DNA from: Iphione sp. A-MEVVRFRX5
Lineage: Eukaryota
NCBI GenBank assembly: GCA_976226885.1
Contig: OZ320313.1
Span: 71,796,001 to 71,860,000 of the forward strand
Direction: 5' to 3'
Length of the DNA: 64,000 nt
Made by a program: the position numbers and the translations under genes. Shown here one piece after another: positions 12,330-24,994 of the stretch. Positions within the stretch are counted from its first letter, which is position 1. Each line of letters starts with the position of its first letter. The notes under the pieces were generated by a model. That model was given only the letters and a program-made list of their open reading frames with translations, was not told the DNA's origin and searched no databases.

Positions 12330-12649
12330 TAAGGCCATGTTTACATTATCTGTATGAAAAATCTGTGTACGGATCTGGATACGTAGGATACCCCGTGGAT
12401 ATGTAGTTAATTGCTTTCTTATGTTATGTCATATGTTTGCATTGAATTCTATGAGAAACCGATCCATATCTGTAGAAAAACCGTCCCTGATTGTTCTTGA
12501 ATATAGATACATGTCCGTATCCATTTTGAAACAGACGCATGTGAATGTCGTAGTACAATTGCTATGGGTGGTTAAATTACACCTACGGGTTCGTACACGT
12601 TTTCAAATAATACGAATACATAATACAGATACATGTAAACTCCCCCTAA
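12330..12649. mobile_element. PIF/Harbinger-like MITE
   Basis: Left taaggccatgtttacattatctgtat versus the right-end reverse complement ttagggggagtttacatgtatctgtat: 21/27 with one gap. TAA on both flanks (3 bp TSD); internal CGGAT/ATCCG motifs. Confidence 0.7.
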
Positions 12650-13859
12650 GGAAACAGGGACTTACACTTGGCGGCAACAACTACTGACAACTACGAAAAG
12701 GGGATCGCATGTATGCAGAAAGTCGCTCCGTCGCAGCAAACCGGGGCAGAGTACAATCGAACACAACGCACGCCACGACCTTCAGAGTGAATATCACTTT
12801 GACAAGGATGCTGACTTCCTGCTCTTCTCGTCTTACCGTTCCAGGGCGAGCTGGCTTTACAGCCACAGGGTTAGGAACATATGGATAGCTGCATTCATGC
12901 ACTTCTAAGGGTAACGGCTATCAGAAATGTGAGATATCTATGTCGAGGCGGCCCAACAGGCAACATCATGGAGAACAATATCAATGTATTGGGATCAATG
13001 GCAAATGTAGAATAAACTCAATACATGTATACGGTACATGTATTGTCTGTCTAAGTTCTAAGGTACAGAGGAACAGAACAACTCTATTTAACCAATTTTA
13101 CAAGCGAAAAGTTTACATTTAAATAAAATAAATTCCGCTTGAATAAATCAAAACAAAAAGCTGTTCAAATTAATACAGAAGCATCTGAATGTCGCCAGCC
13201 GAGGTGAAATACCTTTTCTGCCTATATGCAATGGCGACTGTAGATGCCCCGTGCAAGTAGCATACTGAAATATAAGGCACATGTACATGCAAATACATTT
13301 AAGTACCAATACATGAGTATGCAAAGTCGCCACCCAGATAAAGCTCACCTCGCAGGGGAGACCAACCCGGAGGAGAGACCAGATTTGGTCAGAATGAATC
13401 TAATTTCAGTATATTTCCTACATGCTTGACCCTCGCGCGGAGAGCAGCTCGAAGGAGCGACCAACTGGTGGGTTATATACATGCATGAATAAATACATAT
13501 ATATATATACATGTGTGTCATACATGTATCGGCACACTGGCCACAAACAGGCTAGACCACCTCTTGCAGGGCTGACGAACTCGGTATATGTATGCATAAA
13601 TTATACATGTACACATACGTGTGTCAGTACATTGTACACAAGCAGGTTCATGGCTAGGCCAACTTTACAGTTAAGGTAGGCCTAACTTTATACATGTATT
13701 CTGAAATGACAGGGCGGAAACTGGGGGGGGGGGGAAGCTTTGTGGGCACAATCTTTGTACATCTTGTGGCGTATGGTAATTAGCTACATCGGGGCGGTGG
13801 CGATTATCCATCTGTCCATCGGTTGATTGATTAGAAACCTGACCGTGGTTGTCTGCCTG

Positions 13860-14130
13860 ACGTCCTCGGCTTGCCTTGCCTGCCACCTAGAGCGGCAGCA
13901 GCCACCGGGCGATAACAGACCCGCGCTCCCGTGCCCAGTCGGCGGCTCCGGATTGAATAACGGGCGTCGGGTTCTTCCCATAAGAAGTTCCGCTTCCGCT
14001 CGCTTTCTGCCGCTCCATCAAGCTGCTATTTCACACCCTCCGAGTGGGGGCGAGAGAGATTTATCAGGCGGCGCGCGTCCTGGACAAGGTCCGATGAAAA
14101 TGAATCTGGAGGTCATGGCGACGGTGTAGC
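13860..14130. promoter_or_regulatory. GC/CpG-rich island, candidate cis-regulatory element
   Basis: Local high GC and CpG. One-mismatch CTCF-like site on the minus strand at 13881-13893 (GCTCTAGGTGGCA) and TGATTGAT just upstream at ~13824. No convincing ORF. Confidence 0.35.
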
Positions 14131-17100
14131 GTCTACTTTCCACCGAGGGGAACAACTTCATGACGGACATTATCGGCCAGAAAAACGAGATTTATTTTAA
14201 TAAGCGCTGACAGGTCAGGCAATCTTCGGACAGTAAACTACTCCAATAATAGAGACAAAAAGACACGCGGCCTAATATGCACTGCACTACTGCCGTCAAG
14301 CATATGAAACCGTGGACGCGTGGCGCGGTTAAAACACTACGTTGACAATTTAAATTATGTATATTCAAAAAGTAACAATACAGCTGTACATGCATATCTC
14401 CGATGACTGTGCTGTTGTCACACGTCCATTATTTTTCATCGGATATACGAGTCCTTGACGTACATCTCTGTAAGACGGTGTTCTCTTTCCTTGGAGCAGT
14501 GTTCGTGTACTTCCATTCGGTATGCCGAGATGCGGGAATAAGGAGTTTCAGAGGGAATAGCGGAAAGTAGACCAATCTTGAAAAGAAAGGGACTACTATG
14601 CGGACTTGGGATGAAAGAGTCACTGACAATCAAAAACGGGAGGTTGCAGAGCCACTATGAGGGCATGATAACTGCAACCTCCCAGACGCGTTCCCGGTTT
14701 GGAACTTCCTTCACAATCGTCCCAAACGCAATTTATCATACCGTTGCGGGTGTTACCACAGTAGACAAACCCCTTCCAACGGGCCTCTATGCTCTGACCT
14801 CGTGACAAATGTTTGATAAGCGACGTATACAGATACAGGGGATGGATGAGGCCAATGGGAGCAACATCTTGTTAGGTCAAACCAATGTAACATTTTTTTG
14901 CATTGGCTAGCTGGTACGTTAGCTAGTGAAACCGATAAATAATCTCCTTTTGCTTTTATGTGAAGGAGACGCCATCTCTGCAGTGCGTGGAGCAGACTTG
15001 GAGAGGACCAAATGTGATTTTCGTGAACTTCTTGAGAAGTATATTTTTATATAAAGGAATAGTTATAAAGCAGATGGCCTATGTGGCGTTGATAAATCAA
15101 AGCAATACTCTGCCATAAGGTTTGGTCTCCCGCGGCACACATAAATCTGTGACAGATATCCCGTCTCCCTTATAACAGATAAGCAAACAGGATTGGACGA
15201 GGCACCAACACAGGCAGCCCTAGTGGCAAGGCCGTTCAGGCCTGCGAAGAAATCAAAGACAATTTGGTGGCGTGGTGAGCCAGAGGGTCTGGCTCCTGGT
15301 GGCAGCCAGGTCCCCGAGGCCTGCTGTCCAACCATGCCGATATATCAGACTGACTTTTGCCGGCCAGCTCCCGCCTAGCAGTAGGATTACTTAAGTCATA
15401 CACTGTGAGCGCCATCACGCGGAGACCGTTCGAATCACCCTCTGCTTCCACATGACTCTATAAACCCCAAGTGGCTTCCTTGATCGAGCATGTAATTCTG
15501 GTCCGACAGAAAACCTCAAGATATCGGTCGGCGAACAGACGGTATGTGCATGTCTACCTACTGGACGAGGGATGGAGTCATCAGACCGATAAATATATCT
15601 ACAAAATGAAGCAATACCGAAACATAACCCAACAAGAAAGTCTACGGCGAGATGGGAATATTGAATGACATACAATTAACCTACATGCGTATTCATCGGC
15701 AACGGAGGGTCGTCAACTGCCAGCGAGTGCCACGTTGCAAAATAATGAATGCAAGGGGGCACGCCTATGGGTCATGTACTTTGGCAACTCGAACTTCATT
15801 TCCAAGCCGCATTTTCTGCCACAGTTGGCATTCATAAATCAAAAGCGCCAAGGGAGGCGCCGATGGGATGTCCAGCAGATACTTAGCAGCCTGCAAATTG
15901 TCTTTGCTTCTCTGGAGACGGGAATTCAGTCCCGCTTCACGTTGCTTCGCGTGCGTTGTCCCTGGCCGCTCAAATTCGCTTCGTTCTGTGTATTAACCAG
16001 GGTTGCAAATCGCCACTTCGGGTCTGCCTGCGGGGAACACAGATTACAAACTTTTCAAGGCCACAACTACAAAACTAACCTCTAAGTCTGATTTTTTAAA
16101 AAAAACTTCATATATCTCTCTTAAGTTCACACAATCAGTGTCCGCACTATGACCACATTGTCCTTTCATTTCGGTCTGTAATATTTTTCGATTCTCTAGT
16201 GGTCTTATTTCCTATTTTGTGAGAACACTCCATCAAGGTCAACATATCTGCAGATCACACCATATAAAGCACAATAGCATGATGCACCCTGTATTAATCA
16301 GTTACTTCATCTCATCTACGATAATCGCCCGTCCTCATAATAATGATAAATACAGGTCGTTCATCTGGGTCATCTCTAACGATCGACTGTTTTATATGGG
16401 AAGTTGCAGTATAGCACAATGAAGGACGATTTACCTCAGAGCACAAACAAGATATATCTGTAATGAAATGTTCAATCTATTTCAAGCCTGGTTTCCCCAT
16501 CATGTTGGGGCCAGATAAAAAGGGGTGTTAAGCTCTTCTCACTCGTTATTGTATTTCGAAATTTAGTCCTAATGCCACCAACGACTAGAACCATATTTTA
16601 AACTCAACGGATGAATAGAAACTAAATAGGACGGTCCGCTCCACTGGAACCACAGAGGATTGATGCTGGAAATCGTGTAGGCTGCGTGGATAGGCGGTTA
16701 TTCAGTTTTGGTGATACGATCATGTGTCATCTGAGGTCATGAGCCAAGAGAGCCATGCAAGACACACTTCACAATAAGTTCCGCTGTCAAAGCAGCTCAT
16801 CGGATCCCTGGACTTACTGTACAACAATAGGTACCAAATGGGGAGAGTATCCTTTATCAGCCGAGCCAATATAACCCAAGATAATGATCCTCTTTAGCTG
16901 GGAAAAAATTACTGCGCGGTGTGAAACCCCACATTAGCCTCTTTCTTGGGTTTCAAATTGCTTTCTATCGTAAATCAATGCCAGAGTGGGATGGCCAGGG
17001 AATTTCCATAATTACAGTCTCTCAAAAGAGATTATTCTGGAACTTCAGTTAAAAATCCTGAATGCATGCGTACTAAAATCATGCCAATACCGTGCATGCT

Positions 17101-18366
17101 AGTTTCTAATGGCTAAAAAAAATCCCTCCCTGCCTCCCTCCACTCGTACCTCTTTTTTAACTGAAGGAAAATCTACAGGAAGATGGGCTAGTCTATAAGG
17201 GTCAGTTGTTGTGAATGCATCACATTAGATGAGAACCGACGCAGCTTCTCGTTCTTTAAATTATAACACCGGAGCAAAATACAGGTTTATCAAATGCGAA
17301 TACATGTATATGTATGCGTAAGGCACACGACGACTGGACCCCGAGCCCACTACTTAACAGTTCCCCGAACCAGGAATGTGATCATTAGCCGCTGGTACGC
17401 CAGTAGGACTGCGACCCTGGCCCTCTACAATGAGCTCGAGTGGTGGCTGTCCGCAGCTGTTTATGATAAGTCTCTGCCTGCTGCATACATCAGTACCAGC
17501 CAAGCCACTGTTGGCAGCATCCCCAACTGAAGCGTTGTTTGCTGGGCCTATAAATAAACCATGGCCAGACCGGTCGGGCGGACCTTAATATGTATAAATG
17601 CTGCCGACGTGTTCCTTTTCACACAGTGCCCACACCCAATGCAAAGAGAGGGCATGTCCTACCTCTTGCTGTTGCCATTACTGAGGTATTTTGAAAAGGA
17701 CCGCCCTGGCAGAGCTCGAAAAATACTGTCTTCAGACATAACCATGAGCCTTTCTGGACAATGTCGCTACCATTCAAGAAATAGGAACGGCATATATTTG
17801 CCCTTAATGAAAGCGGAGTGAAGACCTTTCAGATATATATTGTCCAGACGGCCCATGTACACTTAGTATTAATTGAAAACGGGGGAATGAGTATACAAAT
17901 GTACAGGAAAGTATGAAATATCTAGCTATATGTATATTTATGTTGCTCTCGGGTTAAGTGCTGTGAAGAATATCACAGAATGAAAAAAATATTAATCAGT
18001 AAATGGCAATTGTGCACCGTCATTTCCTTGAAAAAAAATCACCTCGGAAAATGACGTCCCACTTGCAAAGTTGCTAGACGTCGGCAATATTGACCGTCTG
18101 GGCGGAATAGGAGGTGTTATACTGTTAACCAAAGCTGCTCACATCGTTTTTGAAATGCATGTATCATGACTGATCGGTTACCAGCAAAGTACAGGCCGCT
18201 TGCAGTCCGATGAAAGGACGTTCCGTAATTCATCACTCGTACCTGAACAAGGGGGATGGCCTTCCCTGTAACATGATCTGCTCTGCTGAAAGGGAGACCG
18301 GTTCCACCCGGCTTGCCAGATGAAAGCACGCTTCACCTGCGCGCCCTGACCAGTTGGTGATTTCTG

Positions 18367-18379
18367 CCTCCAGGCGGCG
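18367..18379 (+). promoter_or_regulatory. CTCF-like motif
   Basis: CCTCCAGGCGGCG, one mismatch to the core. Confidence 0.3.
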
Positions 18380-18605
18380 CGCCAATCGCTGGCGGCCAGC
18401 AATGCCTCGGGGAGAGCGCCTGTCATGCCCCTTGTGGCTGGAGAGGGCCCCGCCGTGCGCTCGGGTGTGAGCATTCAAAACTGGCTGAAAATGGTACACG
18501 AGGGCGTGGGAACCATGCAATGACAACTGCAGAGACAAAACAGTACGTTCCACCCTTAAGCAGGATCTGAGCCGCCAAGCCTTAAAATAATATATACGCC
18601 CTACG

Positions 18606-18669
18606 ACGTACAAATAATAACATATGGTGTGGTAACAACGTACAAATAATGACATATGGCGTGGTGACA
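18606..18669 (+). repeat. 32 bp tandem duplication
   Basis: acgtacaaataataacatatggtgtggtaaca followed by acgtacaaataatgacatatggcgtggtgaca. Confidence 0.9.
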
Positions 18670-20772
18670 AGTAAATATGTCAGTACTTTGAAGGCAATCT
18701 AGCGCGGATCTTTTTCACACTCCTTTTACCTATACGACACATGCAGGCGTGGAAAATGTATAGATGTATAGTATATGAAGTGATTTATGCGATATGGAAG
18801 ATATATGGCATGGGTCATAGATATTTTAGTGAGTAACATCATCTTATATTTTCAAGAAAACAGTGAAAAGTACATGCATCGTTCCACAGAGAGTGCTAGG
18901 ATTAATTTATTTAAAAAATTTCTTCAACAGTACGACTCCTATAAACAGCATCACTTGAGGCACTGCAATCATATTACAGAACCATAAAGGAAATGTAATA
19001 TCTTGAACTGTAGTCAAGATTCTTTGCTCAAAGGTAAGAAACGCACCTTAATGGCTGTAATTGCATGTGCAAAAAAGTAAGGTCCCTTAGCAAGGGAATT
19101 AGATCTGATGCTCCTAATTGAGCTCTACTTCGCTGCTGCTGAGTGCGTCCCTTCGCCTATGGCTTGAGGGCGGGCACTACCTTCGAGAGACAAGCCTTTA
19201 AGCACATTCCGCTGTGAACAAGGAGAGACACAGAGGTGGGTGTGGGAGGTACGTACGATACTGCATAGTGCGACTCGGTCATATTTATTGGGCGTATGCC
19301 TCTATATATCGCATTCACGATGGCGGTGTTTGATGTTGGCGAGGTGGCGAAAAGCCAAGACGGAGGCCACAATTTTTCTACGGTAAAATAGAGAATAACA
19401 GCCTGCCGATTTCAGTGTACAACGAAGAAGCCTCTCTGGATTATCACTGGGAACAATAGCCGGTTCCAAAGCAGGAATTGCCTTCTGGAACCCCAATGAG
19501 CAACGCCAAAATCGTCTGCTAATTCCCTGATTAAAGCAACCATAACAAAATGGAAATACGCAAGTGAAATACCTAAACCTTTTAAATTGTACATGTATAA
19601 TATTTTAGGTTGCTAATAGGAAAGTACCACATGTATAAATTGGAGTGAAAACTGTAGTGGCAGAACGGACACAATCAATATTGCCAGAATGTATGCGAAA
19701 TCTACCAAAGTTGTGCTACAATTATCCTTACGTCGTACACGATTATCTATTGCGCGAGAGCTTCCAGTCAATTGTCACCAATATCGACCGCTGGCTCGTT
19801 AATAATAAGGAACGGTCCCCCAAATCCCGTGTCGTTCCCATTCCCGGTATGACCTCATTGCCGGCAAAAAGTGCAATGATGAAGGACGAGCTCGGTCGTC
19901 TAGGTTAGAGGTCGGACTCTACCGATAGCAATTTTCTCTCTTCAGAGATGAAATGATGCACTGACAGCGGTGAGGTAACAGTGGGCATTTATAAGTAGCC
20001 GCTGGTCAGGCTGTATGGAGCGGCAGACGGACAATGGTGGTAATTCTGATGCTAACACGTCAGGATGAGACCGCTGCGTTATGGAAGGACAGCTTTTATT
20101 AGATCAGAACCGACGGGATGCAATTTACTGTGACCTTCCGTCCGAGAGGATGTCAACCACAATGCGCACCGGTGTGCCAGCCAACTCAAGCACGTGTATC
20201 CCATCACAGGACGAGCTATTCCTCTTCGCTGCCGGATCGTCCCCCACTCCTGACCTCCACCTCAAGGGTGTTGCAAAAATCGACCAAACCTGCAACACTC
20301 TTCCCTTTAATCGGCTTCTCCGAGTCGAGGGTAATAAAAAAAAGCACACCACTGTCGCACGTTGGGCGACCTTGTGCAAGTTTGCTCTTATTGGAAATGA
20401 CACCCGCGTGTGCGACTTGTGCATATGCAGCGGCGGGCTGTATGACTGGCGCACATAAACAGAGAGCGCGAGCAGGATTCCTCCCTCGTCCAACCACCAA
20501 TCAATGCCAGACTTTCTTGCCTTATTGGCACACCATAACTCAATTTCACAGCCGCATTCATATTGCTGGGTTAACAATTTGTCCCCGTCCCACCAGCAAA
20601 TGGGCCCCTGTCTAATTTACAAATAGACATTCATGGCGGGCGCTTTCTATTTTTTCCCGGATCTTGTCATGAGAATATTTCAATAAAAATCTGCCTCACC
20701 AGCTTCACTCCAAAGCTCAGCCTTCATTGGTTATGTACATGGTCCAGACGGCATCCTTGTATTATCTCGTCC

Positions 20773-21120
20773 TGACATTCAGTCTTGTCACGCATATCCT
20801 ATTGTCTTAAAAGCAGAAAATGGCTATTCATCATAGCTATCTGCTCTTGTCATTGTTGACTGAATATTCATCAACATTCATACCTATAAAGGAGTCAGCC
20901 TTACAGGATGTTCCCATTTATGCTGGTCGCCTGTCAAAGACGGAGCTGACAGCATACATTTTAGTACACTCAATGTGCTGTCCTAATGACAGTAACATTT
21001 CCAGACAGCAGTCAATTTCCACGCTGCCTCAAGTCTGGACTACTGGCCGGATTCTGCTCAATGTGTCAGTTGATGAGCACATAAGGCAATTTCCCCCTGG
21101 AGGCAGCGTTATATAAGAGC
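20773..21120. promoter_or_regulatory. Homotypic TALE (Meis/Pknox/TGIF-type TGACAG) motif cluster, candidate enhancer or promoter
   Basis: Perfect TGACAG/CTGTCA at 20931, 20947 and 20987, plus TGACA/TGTCA at 20773, 20786, 20848 and 21064. TATA-like TATATAAG at 21110. Confidence 0.4.
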
Positions 21121-22953
21121 TGAAGACGAGCAGTCGACTTTGCCGGCCCATCGCTCAAGGATGTCTCCAGACTGTAATCAAGCGATGCACGTGCCTGGTC
21201 AATACCTACTAACGAAGGGTCGGTCACGGTTGGCTGCCTGTGATAGAAGGCGGCGCTGGTCACGGGCCGCTGAGTCTGATTGGAGGAGGGAGACGGTCGC
21301 AGGCCCCCATGAGATCCCACATAAGACGGCGCCGCCCGCCTTCCCTCTTCTTTCTGCGCCCCCTTTCGACCCGCGCCAGTAAACGAGTTCTCAGTGTGCC
21401 TAGAGAGGTAATAACCCTGAATTCAAGGTGACTTCGCAGCAGCTCTCCACTATTGACCGCGAGGAGTGGAGTTTGTTGCCAAGTAATCGTGAGAGGCAAA
21501 TACACGATCATTCTCGCCAGAATCGAATATCTGGCGTTTCTACATTACAGTACTTAGAGGAACAAGAGAATTTTTGTTGACGGGCTTTTTACACACTGGT
21601 CATAAATCTACCTGCTGTAACGCAATGCAAAGAGGAGGTATAGTCAGATTAAAGTATTAATAATTAGCAAGACGCCCTCCCAGCAATACTTCAGTCGACG
21701 GATCGCCGACCACGCCAGACTGCATCGCCCCCACCCCCCATCCCCCTCAGAAGATGATCATGAGTGATCGCCAGTCTGGAAGTACGCCCTCTGTGCCAGT
21801 AGAGCGTCGTTAATCTAACGCAGGAGGAACCAAAGGCTGGCCAGGCATGAGCGGTGGACTGGTGGGAGGGGGGGTGAGGCTGCGAGTAGCATGGAGGATC
21901 TCAGACAGAAAGCAGAGGCGCGCTCTAATCTGTGGAAGCGCGGGGCGAAACGTGGGGATGAGCTTCCTTCATAATGACAAGGCCGGTGTAAATCCGCCGT
22001 TCGACGGAGACAATAGCGCTGATTAGCTAGGCGCTGAGCTTTGTCTTATCCCACTGTACATATAGATTAGGTCATGTAGCAAAAGAAACAAATATATGCG
22101 TCACAGCTCACATATTCAGCGCGTGCTGAAGCGGAGAAAAGATAAACTCTTGGAGTGATTACATCAGTGCCTGCTTCATCGGATCGGCCCAATCACGGGT
22201 TGCAGGACACCCAGCCATATCAATGGAACATTCCAGATTCCTTGCCTCACGCACACCAGAAAGCCGCCTATTACGGACCGAGTGCCGTATCCATCCCAGG
22301 ACTTGCCGGTGTGGCGAAGAACGCTTAATCACATCGAGTAATATGCATCCGCGTCACAGCCTTGTGGCGAGCTGCTCTGCCTAACCATATTCCACCCGTG
22401 GGAAGGATTCCTGCTGCTCATTCTGATCTTGTTCTGGTCAGCTACTGCTAACCCTTGCGCGTATACCAGGCAACTGGGTATCCGCAAATTTGTGATATAT
22501 TTTTTAAATAACAGCCACTCGCACTTGTAGACTTAGGTACAAATAGGGTTGCAGATTGAAGCCGTGAGTGGACAAGAGGAAGCCATGTGTGGCTTCACCA
22601 GTTTCCCCCGATTGCGCTGATGGGGCTGGTGGGTGTTCGGGAAGGGTTCTGAACACTCTGTTCGCAAGCACGTTATTGAGCAACGGGCTCGGTCCTTGAT
22701 CAAATCCTATCCTCGCTGCCACATCCCAGCGGCTAGAGCCATATCTAATACACCAATAGACCCGATCTAAGTCTATTTGCTGCTGTGTAATATGAGCAAT
22801 GGCGACGATAGGGTCAGTGAGGCACTCCAACTTCACGATAAAATATCTTCACCTAAATGACTGTGTGTACGTGGACATGTATATGTCTACATATATAACA
22901 TACATATATAACTCAGTAGCCTGATCCTGTCACCTAAAAATGCTGTTCTACAA

Positions 22954-23016
22954 GTATCGGCATACTATGTACATGTACATGTTATGTATCGACATACTAT
23001 GTACATGTTACGTATC
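22954..23016 (+). repeat. Short tandem duplication containing (TACATG)n
   Basis: gtatcggcatactatgtacatgtacatgtta followed by gtatcgacatactatgtacatgtta. Confidence 0.85.
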
Positions 23017-24850
23017 ACCTGTCCTTTGAATTGAAATGCAGGCTATCAAGTTGGATTACATTACTGTTATACTTCAAGAACTTTCCACTTAGGCATTGTG
23101 GCCATTGTTGAGTGTTGTCCACTGAGTTGACTTATAAACAAGTTGTTTATGGTTTCTCCACGGGTTCAGTATGTATAATATATCTGTATCTATATCTTCA
23201 CACACATAATTGACTAGTATGTGCGTGCACATGTATGAAACATGAACACATATACCGTTGATACCAAGTATGTGTTCCACGATGTGACTTCGTTGTTGGA
23301 AACTTTATTATGGAAGGGCATACAGTTACAGTATGAATCCATTTATCATGTTGGTCATCTCTGGTGCATATCATATATACATATACATGTATTTGTGGCA
23401 AGCATTGGACTCTTGCCTCCATTAATCATCATAGATTTGGTATTGATTCCATTAGGAAGTAGCCTTAAGTCACGAATATGTAGAAATGCATGTAGTGACC
23501 TCCATAATAAAGAGGTTTTAAAACAGAAACACGGAGGTTTGGAACAAAAAACCAACGTCCTGTTATAACGAAATGATAAATTAGCCTCTTAGAACGGGCC
23601 AATATAATTCAACTGTAAAATGGGATTTAAAATGGAATGGGGATAATGTCTGTTTCACTACAGAGGAACAATTGTTTTCTTTTGTGAGATGGAATTCGCG
23701 ACACGAAATGATTTAAATGAAACTTTGCTGAATGAATAGGCTTGTTTACCACAACAAGTCTCATCACATACATAATCACATATATTACCGAAACGCTCCT
23801 TCGAAAAACCAGTTCGTGTCAAAAATTTTCTTTAAATAGCCAGCCCCATAATTACAACCGGCACCTGCTTTGTCTGCTTAGAAGGAAAACTCCAGGCGTT
23901 TGACAGGCCATAGAGGAACTGGTGGGTCCATAGTTACAACAGCCACAGAATGCCTACCTCCATCGACCCACGCTACTTGACCACATGAGGAGTTCAATAT
24001 CCGGCCTTGTCTCCGGGTGTCAGTAGATTTTTTTTTTATCCCTCTCTAAATACGGGCGTTCTCCTCACGTGCTCACAGGACATAACCCAGTCTCTTTGGA
24101 TGTTATATCCCTGTCCCCAGTTACTCTTGCTTCCATTCTTCGCGAGCGTGATTCTGCCATAAGCATGTTTTACACAGAATCGCACTTAACTGCACAACTC
24201 TTTCACTGTCCGTCGAAGAATTCCGTCACGACAATGTATGCTGTGAGCAATCCACATGGGATTCGTATAACTCCTACCAAATAAAGGCGGCGGCAGAAGG
24301 GGCAGCTGTAATGAACGTACCCACTAACTTAAAGCATCCGTGTCTTTCTCTGCTGAAGACAACAAAGCACACAAGGTGTACTTTCTTTGCCTCTGAAGCA
24401 TGTACATGTATTTGGCCTAGTAAAGCATGGACTCATAATTATAGGGCATCAGCTGGTTCTTGACTGAGCAACTATATATCTGTAAGGCATTAACGACGTT
24501 AATTATATTAGGCTCTCCTCCCTACTAAGTATGAGTAAGACTGAGCAAAGCTGTGCCTTTACGCTGCAAAAAGGAAAAACAAAGGCCCATTCGGAGAAAA
24601 ACTGGGGAACAACACGAATGCACAACTGAATATGGGGCTCAAGGGGGAGGGGTCTGGTTACAGTGATTATGCTTCATGTATTATCCACAAGGGACGTGCT
24701 GTGGTAAATATTTTAGAAGTCTGTTTTTAAAAGTCTTTAGCTGTGCGGTTCCTCGCGAACAGTTTTCAGCATGCAAACTGTTTTTCTTTTAAGTATTCCT
24801 TCCAAGAATTGAGTTTATTGTTTGCATTCCTTCTAACTGCAAGCACTTCT

Positions 24851-24994
24851 NNNNNNNNNNNNNNNNNNNNNNNNNNNNNNNNNNNNNNNNNNNNNNNNNN
24901 NNNNNNNNNNNNNNNNNNNNNNNNNNNNNNNNNNNNNNNNNNNNNNNNNNNNNNNNNNNNNNNNNNNNNNNNNNNNNNNNNNNNNNNNNNNNNN
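24851..24994. other. Assembly gap
   Basis: Run of N. Confidence 1.

Noticed and set aside
15415-15437. tcacgcggagaccgttcgaatc, resembling the tRNA-Asp 3' half and B box
   Set aside because: No A box, acceptor stem or cloverleaf; at most a tiny SINE-like remnant.
16163-16178. Exact 16-mer inverted match to 50092-50107 (ctttcatttcggtctg)
   Set aside because: About one such match is expected by chance in 64 kb. Noted only because the partner lies in the ratchet-site tract and could hint at a repeat origin.
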